From contig NC_043017.1 of assembly GCF_006345805.1 (NCBI RefSeq), positions 12,276,001 to 12,340,000 on the forward strand: a DNA stretch of 64,000 nt. Direction: 5' to 3'. The first letter of the stretch is position 1. Every line of letters begins with the position of its first letter. A program made the position numbers and the translations under genes. This document shows positions 38,215-49,215 of the stretch, one piece after another. This DNA comes from Octopus sinensis. Taxonomy: Eukaryota. The notes beneath the pieces were generated by a model. That model was given only the letters and a program-made list of their open reading frames with translations. It had not been told where the DNA came from and searched no databases.

Positions 38215-38550
38215 AGATCTGCTACTGGTACCATGTAAACAAGTAGGTGTTTCATGGTTGGATGGTCGGTCACTAAAACCAACCCCTCCCACTTGTGTAG
38301 TTAGCTACTCTTGTGAGGAGGGTGTCTGGGCACTCAGCAGGACTAAAAAACAAGGCTTGTCAAAGGGCAGATGAGCTCCCCGGGGGGCCAGCAGCCATCT
38401 AGTTGGGTAAGGCAATGGCAAACCACCCCAATATCTCAGCCAAGAAAACACAAGAAAGTCAGAAGCAAGTAATGCTATGGTTTCATCTGATGGGAGAACT
38501 CATTTTATCGGAGAGACTTTCATTTTAGTGCCATCAACACACTGCAAAAA
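38215..38550 (+). mobile_element. RTE-type LINE terminal fragment
   Basis: gggtaaggcaatggcaaaccacccca resembles the BovB/Bov-A motif GAAGGAAATGGCAACCCACTCCA (from memory). Confidence 0.45.
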
Positions 38551-39425
38551 TAACGACATTATATATATATATATATATATATATAATCATCATCATTTCA
38601 TGTCTGCTTTCCATGCTGGCATGGGTTGGACGGTTTGACAGGAGCTGGCTGGGGAGAAGACTGCACCAAGCTTCACCGTCTGTTTTGGCAATGGTCTTTA
38701 TAGTTGGATGCCCTTCCTAACCCCCCCAGTTTTGTTTCCTACGATATGCATACATATAGGAACATGTAAGAACTAGGGACACAAACCTAAAGTGGAGAGG
38801 ACAGCTACTGAAATTTCTCAGTAATTACTCCACATACACACACAATCTCCACAATCTTTAATCCCACTAGAAGCTCAACCCCTTTTTCTTCTACCCCTAA
38901 CCCTAACCCTTTACTTTCAGATTATTTTATCAAATGTAATGCTTATTTATTCACATCATTTTGAATTAATCAGGTATTGTCTTGTTGCCTTGAGATTTCA
39001 ATTATGTGACTATTTTTTTTTTTATAGACTAACATTGTAGGGTAGGTGTGAAAGGCTGGATCAGGCCAGTTTGAACATAAAACAGGAAGAATATATCGGG
39101 TAGATATGGCTGGTTTAAATGCTGAAGGGTTAAAACACACTCAGACAATCACACCATTCCTTGTGTGATGGACAACTGTAGCCGACAAGATATCAGCTGG
39201 TCCCAACAAACTGCATCCAATTAAACAATTACAGAATTTTGTCATTGGCTCAGCCACTCAGTCTATGGATAGGCACAATGCAGAGGTGTCAAATCAGAAT
39301 GCCTGAACAACAGCAAAGCGTGTCATAGATTAAAAGCACCAATCTTGCAGTCAGATCTCGATAACAATGTGCACTCTATCCCTGATTCAGTGAGCTGAGG
39401 TGGTTGTGGTAAAGCTAGTTGTGGG

Positions 39426-39470
<45 letters not shown>

Positions 39471-39915
39471 GGGGAGAGTTGTACTAATTCCCAGTGGATC
39501 GATACCCCTGAATCGCGAAAGGTCAAGCAGTTAAAAATATTCATCTGACCCCGATGTATGGGACAAGCAGATACGTCTATGATCCTTATTTATCGTTTAC
39601 ATTGGGAGGTACATACCACCAGTTGTCAGGCAGCACAATGCATGTGTGTGTGTAAGGAAGAATGCGCCTGTGCATGCGTATGCGGTGTAACATGGAGATG
39701 TCACAGGTAACATTCCACTGCGTCTTTTCTTTTGACACTGAATATGAAGTTGAAGTCTTCAGATGTGCCTCATCAGCCCTATGAGTTTAGTATACACTAA
39801 CACACACACTACTTTAGTATACACTCACACAATATATATATATATATGTAGGTCCCGGGTTGAGTCGGGGTTAACCACAGTAAATAAGGTACTCAATACA
39901 TAGCAGAGTAAATTA

Positions 39916-40046
39916 ATTTATTTTATAGAAGGAGCTTCTACAGGACTAGAACTGTTTCATTGAAATGAAATCATCAGGAGCTTCCTGATGATTTCATTTG
40001 AATGAAACAGTTCTAGTCCTGTAGAAGCTCCTTCTATAAAATAAAT
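39916..40046. repeat. Near-perfect palindrome with a hammerhead-like core in each arm
   Basis: 64-bp arms (39916-39979, 39983-40046), one mismatch, 3-nt spacer; CTGATGA-tttcatttgaat-GAAAC-agttcta-GTC. Confidence 0.75.
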
Positions 40047-40690
40047 ATACATACATACACACACACACTCATGTACATACTCTCAAACTATAGCTGTTGC
40101 TGGGAAGAGGTAATTATGCACTTACTCTCTCTCTCTCTCTCTCTCGAAACCAGCTGGAATGGAGAATGCGTACTAATAGAGCCGGAAAGACTCCAGGTGA
40201 GGAAACAATTCACAGTTGTTTGAAGAGGGATGGAGAAATAGACCCAGTTTCCCAGAAACAGGCCTACGAGGAAAATCTCAGCTAAAACCCTAAACAAAGA
40301 CCATAATAGTTATTTAAAATTTTTAAAAATGCTAAATAAGATCTAAGAAAAACTACTGAAGATGACAAAACAAAATGGTCATATATTTATATTATTAGTC
40401 ATATATTTATATTATATTATACGTGTTTATGTATATATAAATACAGATACATACACAACACACACACATACATACATACAACCATACACTACACACACAC
40501 ACACATATATAAATATATATATTTATAAATGTATATATAGATAGATATATATTTGTGCATGTGTGTATTATAGACAGAGAAACGGCACAAGTGATGGATG
40601 AAAGATGGAAGGAGAAACATATACAAGCAATTGTCTATATAATTAGATCTACACAATGTCTTCTTATGTTGTTATTGTTGTGGTTGTACA

Positions 40691-40808
40691 TCAATTGCTT
40701 GGGCTGTCTGTTTTCTTCTTGATTTCTCTTTCGAATATTTTCTGCCGATCGCAAAAGCCCAGTCGTCCCTTGCCGTAGGAATTGGGGCCAGCAGCCGTTG
40801 GAGTGTCT
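40691..40808 (-). CDS. PCNP: PCNP last coding exon
   Basis: tttttgtag|[42 protein letters not shown]. Confidence 0.93.
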
Positions 40809-43800
40809 CTACAAAAAGAAGAGAAAAGAACACTTGAAAATATGTCAGCAGTTAGTTTACGATTTTGTTAGGTTTTTTTTTTTTTTGTTCTTTTTTTGTT
40901 TTCGCAGGGACACAGGAAATGAAAAAAAAATTCTTATGACTCAAGCTGTCAATGAGGAAGATCTGTGGAGATTAGCACTGAATACAAACATTAAAAGGGA
41001 CAGTGCATTAAGAACAAAGTTTCTCAAATTCAGAGGGAGCAAAATAGTGTCTAAACGTTTTGGACATCAGTCCTTCATCACAAAATATAAAAAAAGTATA
41101 CAGAGAGCAAGAAAGAGAAGCAGAATATAAAAGAAAGCAGACAAAAAATATGGGAAAAGAACAGAGGAGGAAGAAAGAAAGATTAGAAAATTCTATGAGG
41201 AAGGGGCAGGTGTGTAGATGCATATATGAGAGTGCATCTGTGCCTTGAAGTCGGTATAAGGGGAAGGTGGTATGTGTGTGTTAGTGTGATATGTATATGT
41301 GCATAGATGTGTGCAACTGTGGTGGAAATATGGCAGCGTTAGTTAGTGGCAATGGTGGAGAGGGATAAGTATGAGACACTTTAGCAAAGACATTTTGGTA
41401 CCACCTATTTGGCATTGCTGGTTCATTCAACACTGACTTATTGGCATCAGTCATTTCAATGTTCCTCTTTCTCTTTACGTGTAAGAGGAGAGGGAAAAGT
41501 ATTCATACCAATTGTGTTCAATTAATAAATTATAAGGCAGCGAGCTGGCAGAAACGTTAGCACGCCGGGCGAAATGCCTAGTGGTATTTCGTCTGCTGTT
41601 ACGTTCTGAGTTCAAATTCCACCAAGGTCGACTTTGCCTTTCATCCTTTCGGGGTCAATTAAATAAGTACCAGTAAATCACTGGGATCAATATATATTTC
41701 TTTATTGCCCACAAGGGGCTAAACATAGAGGGGACAGACAAAGGGATTAATTCGATTACATCGATATCAGTGCGAAACTGGTACTTTATTTATCGACCCG
41801 AAAGGATGAAAGGCAAAGTTGACCTCGGTGGAATTTGAACTCAGAACGTAACGACAGATGAAATACCACTAAGCATTTAGCCTGGCGCGCTAACGTGTCT
41901 GCCAGCTCGCCGCCTTTCACTGGGATCAATATAATCAACTTAATCCCCTCTATGTTTAGCTCCCTGTGGGCAATAAAGAAATAAATTATGTCTCTCTCTG
42001 CTTTTCACTCTCTCTATCTGTATGTGCATATTTCTGTGCATGTGTGTGTGTGTTTTTGCTACCAGCACCAAAACATACTGAATGTCCAGTCAGCCATACC
42101 AAGTCATCAGCAATCCAACAGGTGCATTCAATCATCTCATTCAACAGCAGGTAGTTTACAGGTATGTAAGTGTGACAGAGCAAGAGACAAGCACCACCAT
42201 TACCTACCTGCCAATATTCCTCATCCTCATCTTCGCTTCTGGAGGCATCTCTTCTTCGTCACTCTGCAAACATGAGAAATAAAACAAAACCAATCAACCA
42301 AGTTTCAATACTCAATACAAACAAAAGATCTCTTTGAAACTTATTTTCTTAATTGTGCTTCCTAATACTTTTAACCATTTAGCATTTAAACCAACTTTCC
42401 TGGCGGCAGCAACCTACATTCTGGAGAATCCAGCAGAGCACACCAAAGAAGGCACGGGTGAAATAAATCGAGGAAGACTTGAAGTTGTAGCACTTCGACC
42501 TTGAGCATGCTAAGGCCAACACCATAGATTGGAAAGCATGGAATAACATCATCACCAGAGTTGGTCATCCAGTAGCATCCACAGTAGCGTATTGCTCGAG
42601 AAGACAGCCTCCCTCTCCAGTTGTCAGCTAGGGATTAAAGAAGAGGAAAAAGAAGCATTTAAACCGGCCATGACTGGCCCAAATTTTCTACCTGTCTTAT
42701 GTTCAAACCAGCCAGATCCGGCCTCTCACACCTACCTTTCAATGTCGTTCTCAAAATAAAACATCATTCAAATCTCAGAGCTCTGAGATAATACATGATT
42801 AATTGAAAAACAGTGTGAATAAATAATAAGCATTACATTTGCTAAGGGGTTAAAAACTTCAAATACCTCGAAAGATATTCAGATCTCAAAGATAGCTACA
42901 AAGATATTTACAGACTCTCATTGTCCTAGTTAAAAAGTAAAAGAAAAAAAAAAGAAAAAGGAGCAAAATACTATTAAGTCCAACTCTTTAGGGAAGATCA
43001 TTACCACATGTGTAGTAAGAAGTTTGCTTCCCAACCACATGGTTTCACGTTCACAAATGCATAAAAATAATTTTTAATTCCATTAGACATTCTAAAATAC
43101 TATTAAATTTCATTCAATTTTAACCCTTTCGTTACTGTATTTATTTTAAGACACTCTCTGTTTCTTTCAATTACTTTAAATATAACAAAGAATTTAGTAA
43201 AACAACTTAGTTATCATTCAGCTAGTGTTAGGAACTAAATTGTGACTAAGGTTTGGTGGTGGATTTTAATTCAAAACTTATGAAAACAAGACATTTGTAC
43301 TCAGAGCCAGAGCCGGTTTCAGCCGGGTTGGTAACGAAGGGGTTAAAAAAGGCAAAATCGGGCAGAACTTATGGGAGGACCTGATATAAACGTCAGGTAC
43401 TGCCTATATAAGGGTTTGTTACCACCCTCTTCTTCAGGGTCATACTCCCCAAATGTTGAAGTGTCAGTTACAAAGTGAGAAAAAAGTCAAACCTCCACCC
43501 CAAATATTGCTTGTGTATAAGGGTTTGTTACCACCCTCTTCTTCAGGGTCATACTCCCTAAATGTTGAAGTGTCAGTTACAAAGTGAAAAAAGTCAAACC
43601 TCCACCCCAAATATTGCTTATGTATAAGGGTTTGTTACCACCCTCTTCTTCAGGGTCAAAAGAAGTTACAGGGTCATACCACCCCAAATATTGCTTATGT
43701 ATAAGGGTTTGTTACCCACCTCTTCATCGGGGTTAAATGCTTTAGCAACAGCAGCACTTTTCCTGATGACTGGTGCTTTTATCTCAGACTTTTTCTGAAA

Positions 43801-45810
43801 TTAATAAAAGAAATAGTTAAATGTAGAAACGAAGGAAATTGGGATGAAGAAAGGAGACAAAGAGAGCAGAAGATGAAGAAAAAGGAGTCAAAGAGGAAGA
43901 AACAAGACAAAGAATATAGCTAATCAGTACATTAACCTTTCCATTACCATATATCTGTTGAAATACACTGCTTTATCATCATCATCATCATCGTTTAGAA
44001 TCCGCTTTCCATGCTGGCATGGGTTGGACGGTGCAACTGGGGTCTGGGAAGCCAGAAGGCTGTGCCAGGCCCAGTCTGATCTGGCAGTGTTTCTACAGCT
44101 GGATGCCCTTCCTAACGCCAACCACTCCGTGAGTGTAGTGGGTGCTTTTCACATGCCAGACGAGGCTGGCAACTGGCCACGATCGGATGGTGCTTTTTAC
44201 GTGCTACCAGCACGGAGGCCAGGCGAGGCTGGCAAACGGCCACGATCGGATGGTGCTTTTTACGTGCCACTGGCACGGAGGCCAGTTGGGGCAGCACTGG
44301 CAACGGCCAGGTTCGGATGGTTCTCTTATGTGCCACCGGCACTGGTATCACAGCTATGATTTCCATTGATTGAAAATAAGGAGGAATTTAATAAAATAAC
44401 TTTGCTGGTGTTTGGAACAAAATTTTACAAGCAATTTTGATGGAAGGTTACAATTTTGATAACTTTAACATGGGGAATTTGCATCACAGATCCACGGGCA
44501 GTTTCAGGCAGTTTGATATGAAATGGATTAAAGGAGAGGAAGAAGGAAGTACAGAAAGCTAAACTGTGCATTAACCCTTTAGTAACCGAATTGGCCATAT
44601 CCAGCCCAAATATTCCATTTGCTTTAGGTTCAAACTGACTAAACCTACCCTACATTTTTATTCTAAAAATAAATAATCAAGATTGAAATCTCAAAGCTAT
44701 GAGATAATTCATGATTAATTTTTAAAATTATGAATAAATAAGCATTACATTTGAAAGAGGTTTTTTTTTTTTGAGCATGGCCATCACCAGAACCGCCTGA
44801 CTGGCCCTCGTGCCGGTGGCACATAAAAGCACCCATACACTCCCAGAGTGGTTGGCGTTAGGAAGGGCATCCAGCTGTAGAAACTCTGCCAGATGAAGAT
44901 TGGAGCCTGGTGCAGCTATCTGGCTCGCCAGTCCTCAGACAAACCGTCCAACCCACGCCAGCATGGATAGCGAATGTTAAACGATGATGATGATGATTTG
45001 AAAGAGTAATCTGAATGCTAAAGGGTTAACCCTTTAGTGTTCAGATTATTCTATCAAACATAATGCTTATTGATTCCCATTGATTTGAATTAATCATGCA
45101 TTATCTCATATCTTCAAGATCTTGATGGTGTAATTACTTAATGTAGAATAACATTGTAGGGTAGGTGTGAGAGCCTGGATCTGGTCAGTTTGAACATAAA
45201 ACAGATTAGCTATTTTGGCCGGATATGGCCGGTTTAAATACAAAAGGGTTAAAGAAGGAGAACGAGTCAAAGAAAGAAAGAAGAGGAAGGAAGGAAGAAG
45301 AAAGCTAACCTGTGTATTTAGTGACATTTTGATTGGCGCTGATTTCTGAGACTGTTTCAGCTCATCTTCAGACTTAATCATATATTTGGCTTCTTCATTT
45401 CGGAGAGATGGGCACATGATGAATTTCTTTTTTAACTCTGGCTTGCCTTCGTGGTTGTTGGTATCATCTTCGTCGTCGTCTTCCGTCGCTGGGTCAGCCT
45501 TGCGCTTATCTGCTGTCCGGCATTCGTCTGGCATCGCCGCACCACTCAACGACACTGTGTCTTCTCCTCCCTCCCCCTCCTTGCAGGTGATGGCCGTTCC
45601 TGGTTAATTTGAAAGTACTGGGAAATGTGAAACACTTGTCATATGGATTACACCGAATGACAGCCACTGTGGAACGTAAAGAATAAAAAGAAGAGTAAGC
45701 AACACTTGAAAGAAAATGTTTCTGATCACCAGATTGCAAGAGAATAGGAAATAGCAGGGTGACTTTAGGCATTAGGAGCAGGTTCTTAGCTTACCATTAT
45801 TAAATGGCAT
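40691..45810 (-). CDS. PCNP: PEST proteolytic signal-containing nuclear protein homologue, complement(join(40691-40808,42208-42263,43720-43794,45310-45599,45795-45810)), 555 nt = 184 aa + stop
   Basis: C-terminus [57 protein letters not shown] matches the PCNP signature as I recall it ([27 protein letters not shown]). GT-AG introns with consistent phases 1,0,0,2. Confidence 0.9.
41535..41988. mobile_element. Family D SINE with an antiparallel family D SINE nested inside (41695-41916)
   Basis: 17-bp TSD tcactgggatcaatata at 41678-41694 and 41917-41933. Confidence 0.9.
42208..42263 (-). CDS. PCNP: PCNP exon
   Basis: tttgcag|[20 protein letters not shown]|gtaggt. Confidence 0.93.
43124..43342. 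mobile_element. piggyBac-like MITE P2 (PCNP intron)
   Basis: TTAA-ccctttcgttac...gtaacgaagggg-TTAA. Confidence 0.8.
43407..43735. repeat. Minisatellite built from the PCNP exon end and donor site
   Basis: tataagggtttgttacc starts at 43407, 43516, 43623, 43700. Confidence 0.88.
43720..43794 (-). CDS. PCNP: PCNP exon
   Basis: tttcag|[25 protein letters not shown]|gtgggt. Confidence 0.88.
44575..45248. mobile_element. Two piggyBac-like MITEs (P1) sharing the TTAA at 45026-45029
   Basis: TTAA-ccc / ggg-TTAA ends; the first is interrupted by a retroposon. Confidence 0.75.
45310..45599 (-). CDS. PCNP: PCNP exon (acidic PEST-like region)
   Basis: [14 protein letters not shown]...EDDDEDD...MSLNTQ, donor CAG|gttagc. 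Confidence 0.85.
45795..45810 (-). CDS. PCNP: Putative PCNP first coding exon (MPFNN-G)
   Basis: ATG CCA TTT AAT AAT G|gtaagc; phase 1 fits acceptor ttaaccag|GA at 45599. An in-frame stop at 45604-45606 forces a splice. A different upstream exon cannot be excluded. Confidence 0.55.
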
Positions 45811-45946
45811 GACGGAAACACTGACCGGCAAACATATCGGGCATGTGTGCGTGCGTGTGTATGTGTGTGCGTATCATACCAGTCTTATTTAGAGCCACAT
45901 CTACTACTGATATAGTCACACCAGTGTAGTTTGTTGGATAAGTTTG

Positions 45947-46555
45947 GGATCTTTTCCTTTTGAACGGCAGATGTCAACACAATTTCTAGTTAACTAAACT
46001 CTTTTAAACTTCGTATACTGGTAGAATGTGTCAAAATAAAACATTTTTTTTTCTCTTGGCTTTCTTGAGAAAATTGTAATTTGTTTGTTTAACGTAGTTT
46101 AATTTTTCGAATTTTAACCAATCCTATGCTCTCTTTTGAGCTAAAATCATTTGCTGCGTCTAAAACTGAGACAACATCCTGTAACTAACCCTAAATATTT
46201 TTTTCTTAATTGTTAAATTAATTTAATTGTTACATGTGTAAAAAAAACTAAAGCAATGGAATTAAATTAATTTAACAATCAAGAAAAAAAAATTTAGGGT
46301 TGGGGGGAGGTTTAGGGTTAGTTACAGGATGTTGTCTCAGTTTTAGACGCAGCAAATGATTTTAGTTGAATGGAGGTAATCGATTGGTTAAAATTGCCGA
46401 TTTCCAGACGAAATATCTTACAAACTATAGAATTTTCTCAATAAAACCAAGAGAAAATGATGTTTTATAAACACATTCTACCAGTATACGAAGTTTAAAA
46501 GTGTTTAGTTAACTAGAAATTGTGTTGACATCTGCTGTTCGAAAGGAAAAGATCC
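45947..46555. mobile_element. MITE with long (~130 bp) TIRs starting GGATC and an 8-bp TSD
   Basis: ggatcttttcc.../...ggaaaagatcc; TSD taagtttg/taagtctg; relatives at ~16260-16390 and ~56162-56580. Confidence 0.8.
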
Positions 46556-46730
46556 TAAGTCTGGGACTAAGTGTGGAGAATTTAATATAGTTTCCTTTTT
46601 TTGCTTTCTTTTTAAAGACACATCTACAAGTGATATAATCACACCCCCAGTAGTTAGATGGACGAGTTTGGGACTAAGTGGAAAGAATGCGACTTATTTT
46701 CTTTACAATCATATCTTACCACTGACACAG

Positions 46731-47115
46731 GAGGTGCAATGGCCCAGTGGTTAGGGTAGCGGACTTGCGGTCGTAGGATCGCGGTTTCGATTCCCAGACC
46801 GGGCATTGTGAGTGTTTATTGACCGAAAACACCTAAAGCTCCACGAGGCTCCGGCAGGGCATGGTGGTGATCCCTGCTGTACTCTTTCACCACAACTTTC
46901 TCTCACTCTTTCTTCCTGTTTCTGTTGTACCTGTATTTCAAAGGGCCGGCCTTGTCACTCTCTGTGTCACGCTGAATCTCCTTGAGAACTACGTTAAGGG
47001 TGCACGTGTCTGTGGAGTGCTCAGCCACTTACACGTTAATTTCACGAGCAGGCTGTTCTGTTGATTTGGATCAACCGGAACCCTCATCGTCGTAACCGAC
47101 GGAGTGCTTCCACAC
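46731..47115 (+). mobile_element. SINE family A
   Basis: 13-bp TSD accactgacacag. Confidence 0.92.
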
Positions 47116-47372
47116 ACCACTGACACAGTCATATCAGTAGCAAGAGGGGCATATGTGATATCCACATATGTTGTTGATTTAAAAGTTAATGGTTCAAATC
47201 ATTTAACTGTAAATGAGAAACCATGGGGTGGTGCTCCTCGCAGCAGTCTCCCTGTAAGCTGTGCTTAACTCTCAATAGTTCCGGTCCGTCTCTTTGTAAA
47301 CACGTACAGAAATCAGCATAGCATTGCTGACCCATTGCATCTAAGTTCTACAAACAGTCTAATTGACTGTAT

Positions 47373-47762
47373 GGGGATGGAAGCACTCCGTCGGTTACGA
47401 CGACGAGGGTTCCGGTTGATCCGAATCAACGGAACAGCCTGCTCGTGAAATTAACGTGTAAGTGGCTGAGCACTGCACAGACACGTGCACCCTTAACGTA
47501 GTTCTCGGGGATATTCAACGTGACACAGAGAGTGACAAGGCCGGCCCTTTGAAATACAGGTACAACAGAAACAGGAAGAAAGAGTGAGAGAAAGTTGTGG
47601 TGAAAGAGTACAGCAGGGATCACCACCATCCCCTGCCGGAGCCTCGTGGAGCTTTAGGTGTTTTCACTCAATAAACACTCATAACGCCCGGTCTGGGAAT
47701 CGAAACCGCGATCCTATGACCGCGAGTCCGCTGCCCTAACCACTGGGCCATTGCGCCTCCAC
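47373..47762 (-). mobile_element. SINE family A (inverted partner of 46731-47115)
   Basis: Reverse complement of the family consensus; degenerate TSD aa(t/c)tg(a/g)ctgtat. Confidence 0.9.
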
Positions 47763-47962
47763 AACTGGCTGTATACATGTATCATGATAAGATACAATCT
47801 GCCAAAAATCTGAATGAGAAGGACCTGCCCCCACCAATTCCTACATAATGCCCTTTGATACACAAAAATAATTATATCCTTAAATCCTTAAAAATGTTTT
47901 AGCCCGAAGGCCACAGCCATGCTGGGGCACCACCGCTGAATATGTATAATTATTATATTTAA

Positions 47963-48632
47963 CCCTTTAACGTTCAAATTAATATGTCATAAGTAATCCT
48001 TATTCATTTACATTTAAAAAAATTAATCTGGTATTATCTTGTAGCTTCAAGATTTGAAAGATGTAATTGTTTATTTTTAGAATTACATTGCAGGGTAGGT
48101 GTGAGATACTGGTTCTGACCAGTTTGAACATAAAATGTGTAGAATATTTGGGCTGGATATAGCCGGTTTAAACACTGAAGGGTTAACCTTTTAGCATTTA
48201 ACCCTTTCGTGATTGTATTTCTTTTAAGATGCTCTGTGTTTCTTTCAGTTATTTTAAATATAACAAAGAATTTAGCAAAATAACTTAGTCATCATTCAGC
48301 TAGTGTTAGGAACATAAATTGCGACTAAGGTTTGGTGGGAGATTTTAATTCAAAACTTATGAAAACGAGACACTTGTACTACAGAGCCAGAACTGGTTTC
48401 AGCCAAGTTGGTATCGAAAGGGTTAAACTGGCCACCTCAGGCCAAAATATTCTATATCTTTTAAACTCAGACCAGCCAGATCTGGCCTCTCTCACTTACC
48501 CTACAATATCACTCCAAAAATAAATAATCACGCCATCGAAATCTCAAAGCTATGAGATAATGCATGATTAACTCGAAACAAATGTAAATAAATAAGCATA
48601 ACATCTGACAGAATAATCTGAATGCTAATAGG
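47963..48632. mobile_element. Chain of three piggyBac-like MITEs (P1, then P1 with P2 nested at 48202-48422)
   Basis: TTAA junctions at 47959, 48183, 48198, 48423, 48633. Confidence 0.75.
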
Positions 48633-49050
48633 TTAAGTTTGGAAGCGTGCTACATGGGAAGTTAAATGATATTATTAAGCTTATAAAATTACAACTTAGT
48701 GAAAAGAGGAGGGACAACATCAAGAACCTTTGTAGGAGGTGAGAGATAGGTGGGAATGGGGTGGAAGCTGAGAAATGAGAACTCAGTTAAGCAGGCCAGT
48801 TTTAAGGCAATTAGACATATTTGTCTAAACTTGACCCCACACCAAGAGAGGGCCCAAGTGCACGTGCTTGAATGCTATGAAGAATTTTAGTATATCATTG
48901 TGGCTAATGGTGAAGCCTCAAGCCCTCAATGCTTCTTGGTTGGAGCTGGTGTATTAAATGAAGCATAAAAGATCAATCTTCAGCTTTTGAGAGTAGAGAG
49001 TCCCACAGACAATTCTCTAATTGGGTCCCACACTTCACATGATGGACTGG

Positions 49051-49215
49051 TGTCCCATCATCATCATCGTTTAACGTCCGTTTTCCGCGCTAGCACGGGT
49101 TGGACGGTTCGACCGGGGTCTGGGAAGCCAGGGGCTGCACCAGACCCCGGTCGAACCGTCCAACCCGTGCTAGCGCGAAAAACGGACATTAAACGATGAT
49201 GATGATGATGGGACA
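49051..49215. repeat. Palindromic fold-back of the (GAT)n-tailed retroposon 3' end
   Basis: Head-to-head arms including 6 flanking bases tgtccc/gggaca. Confidence 0.85.

Noticed and set aside
41045-41085. Hammerhead-like GUGAUGA-aggac/gucc-AAAAC on -
   Set aside because: Two core positions are mutated (C3, G12); at most a dead Penelope-like remnant.
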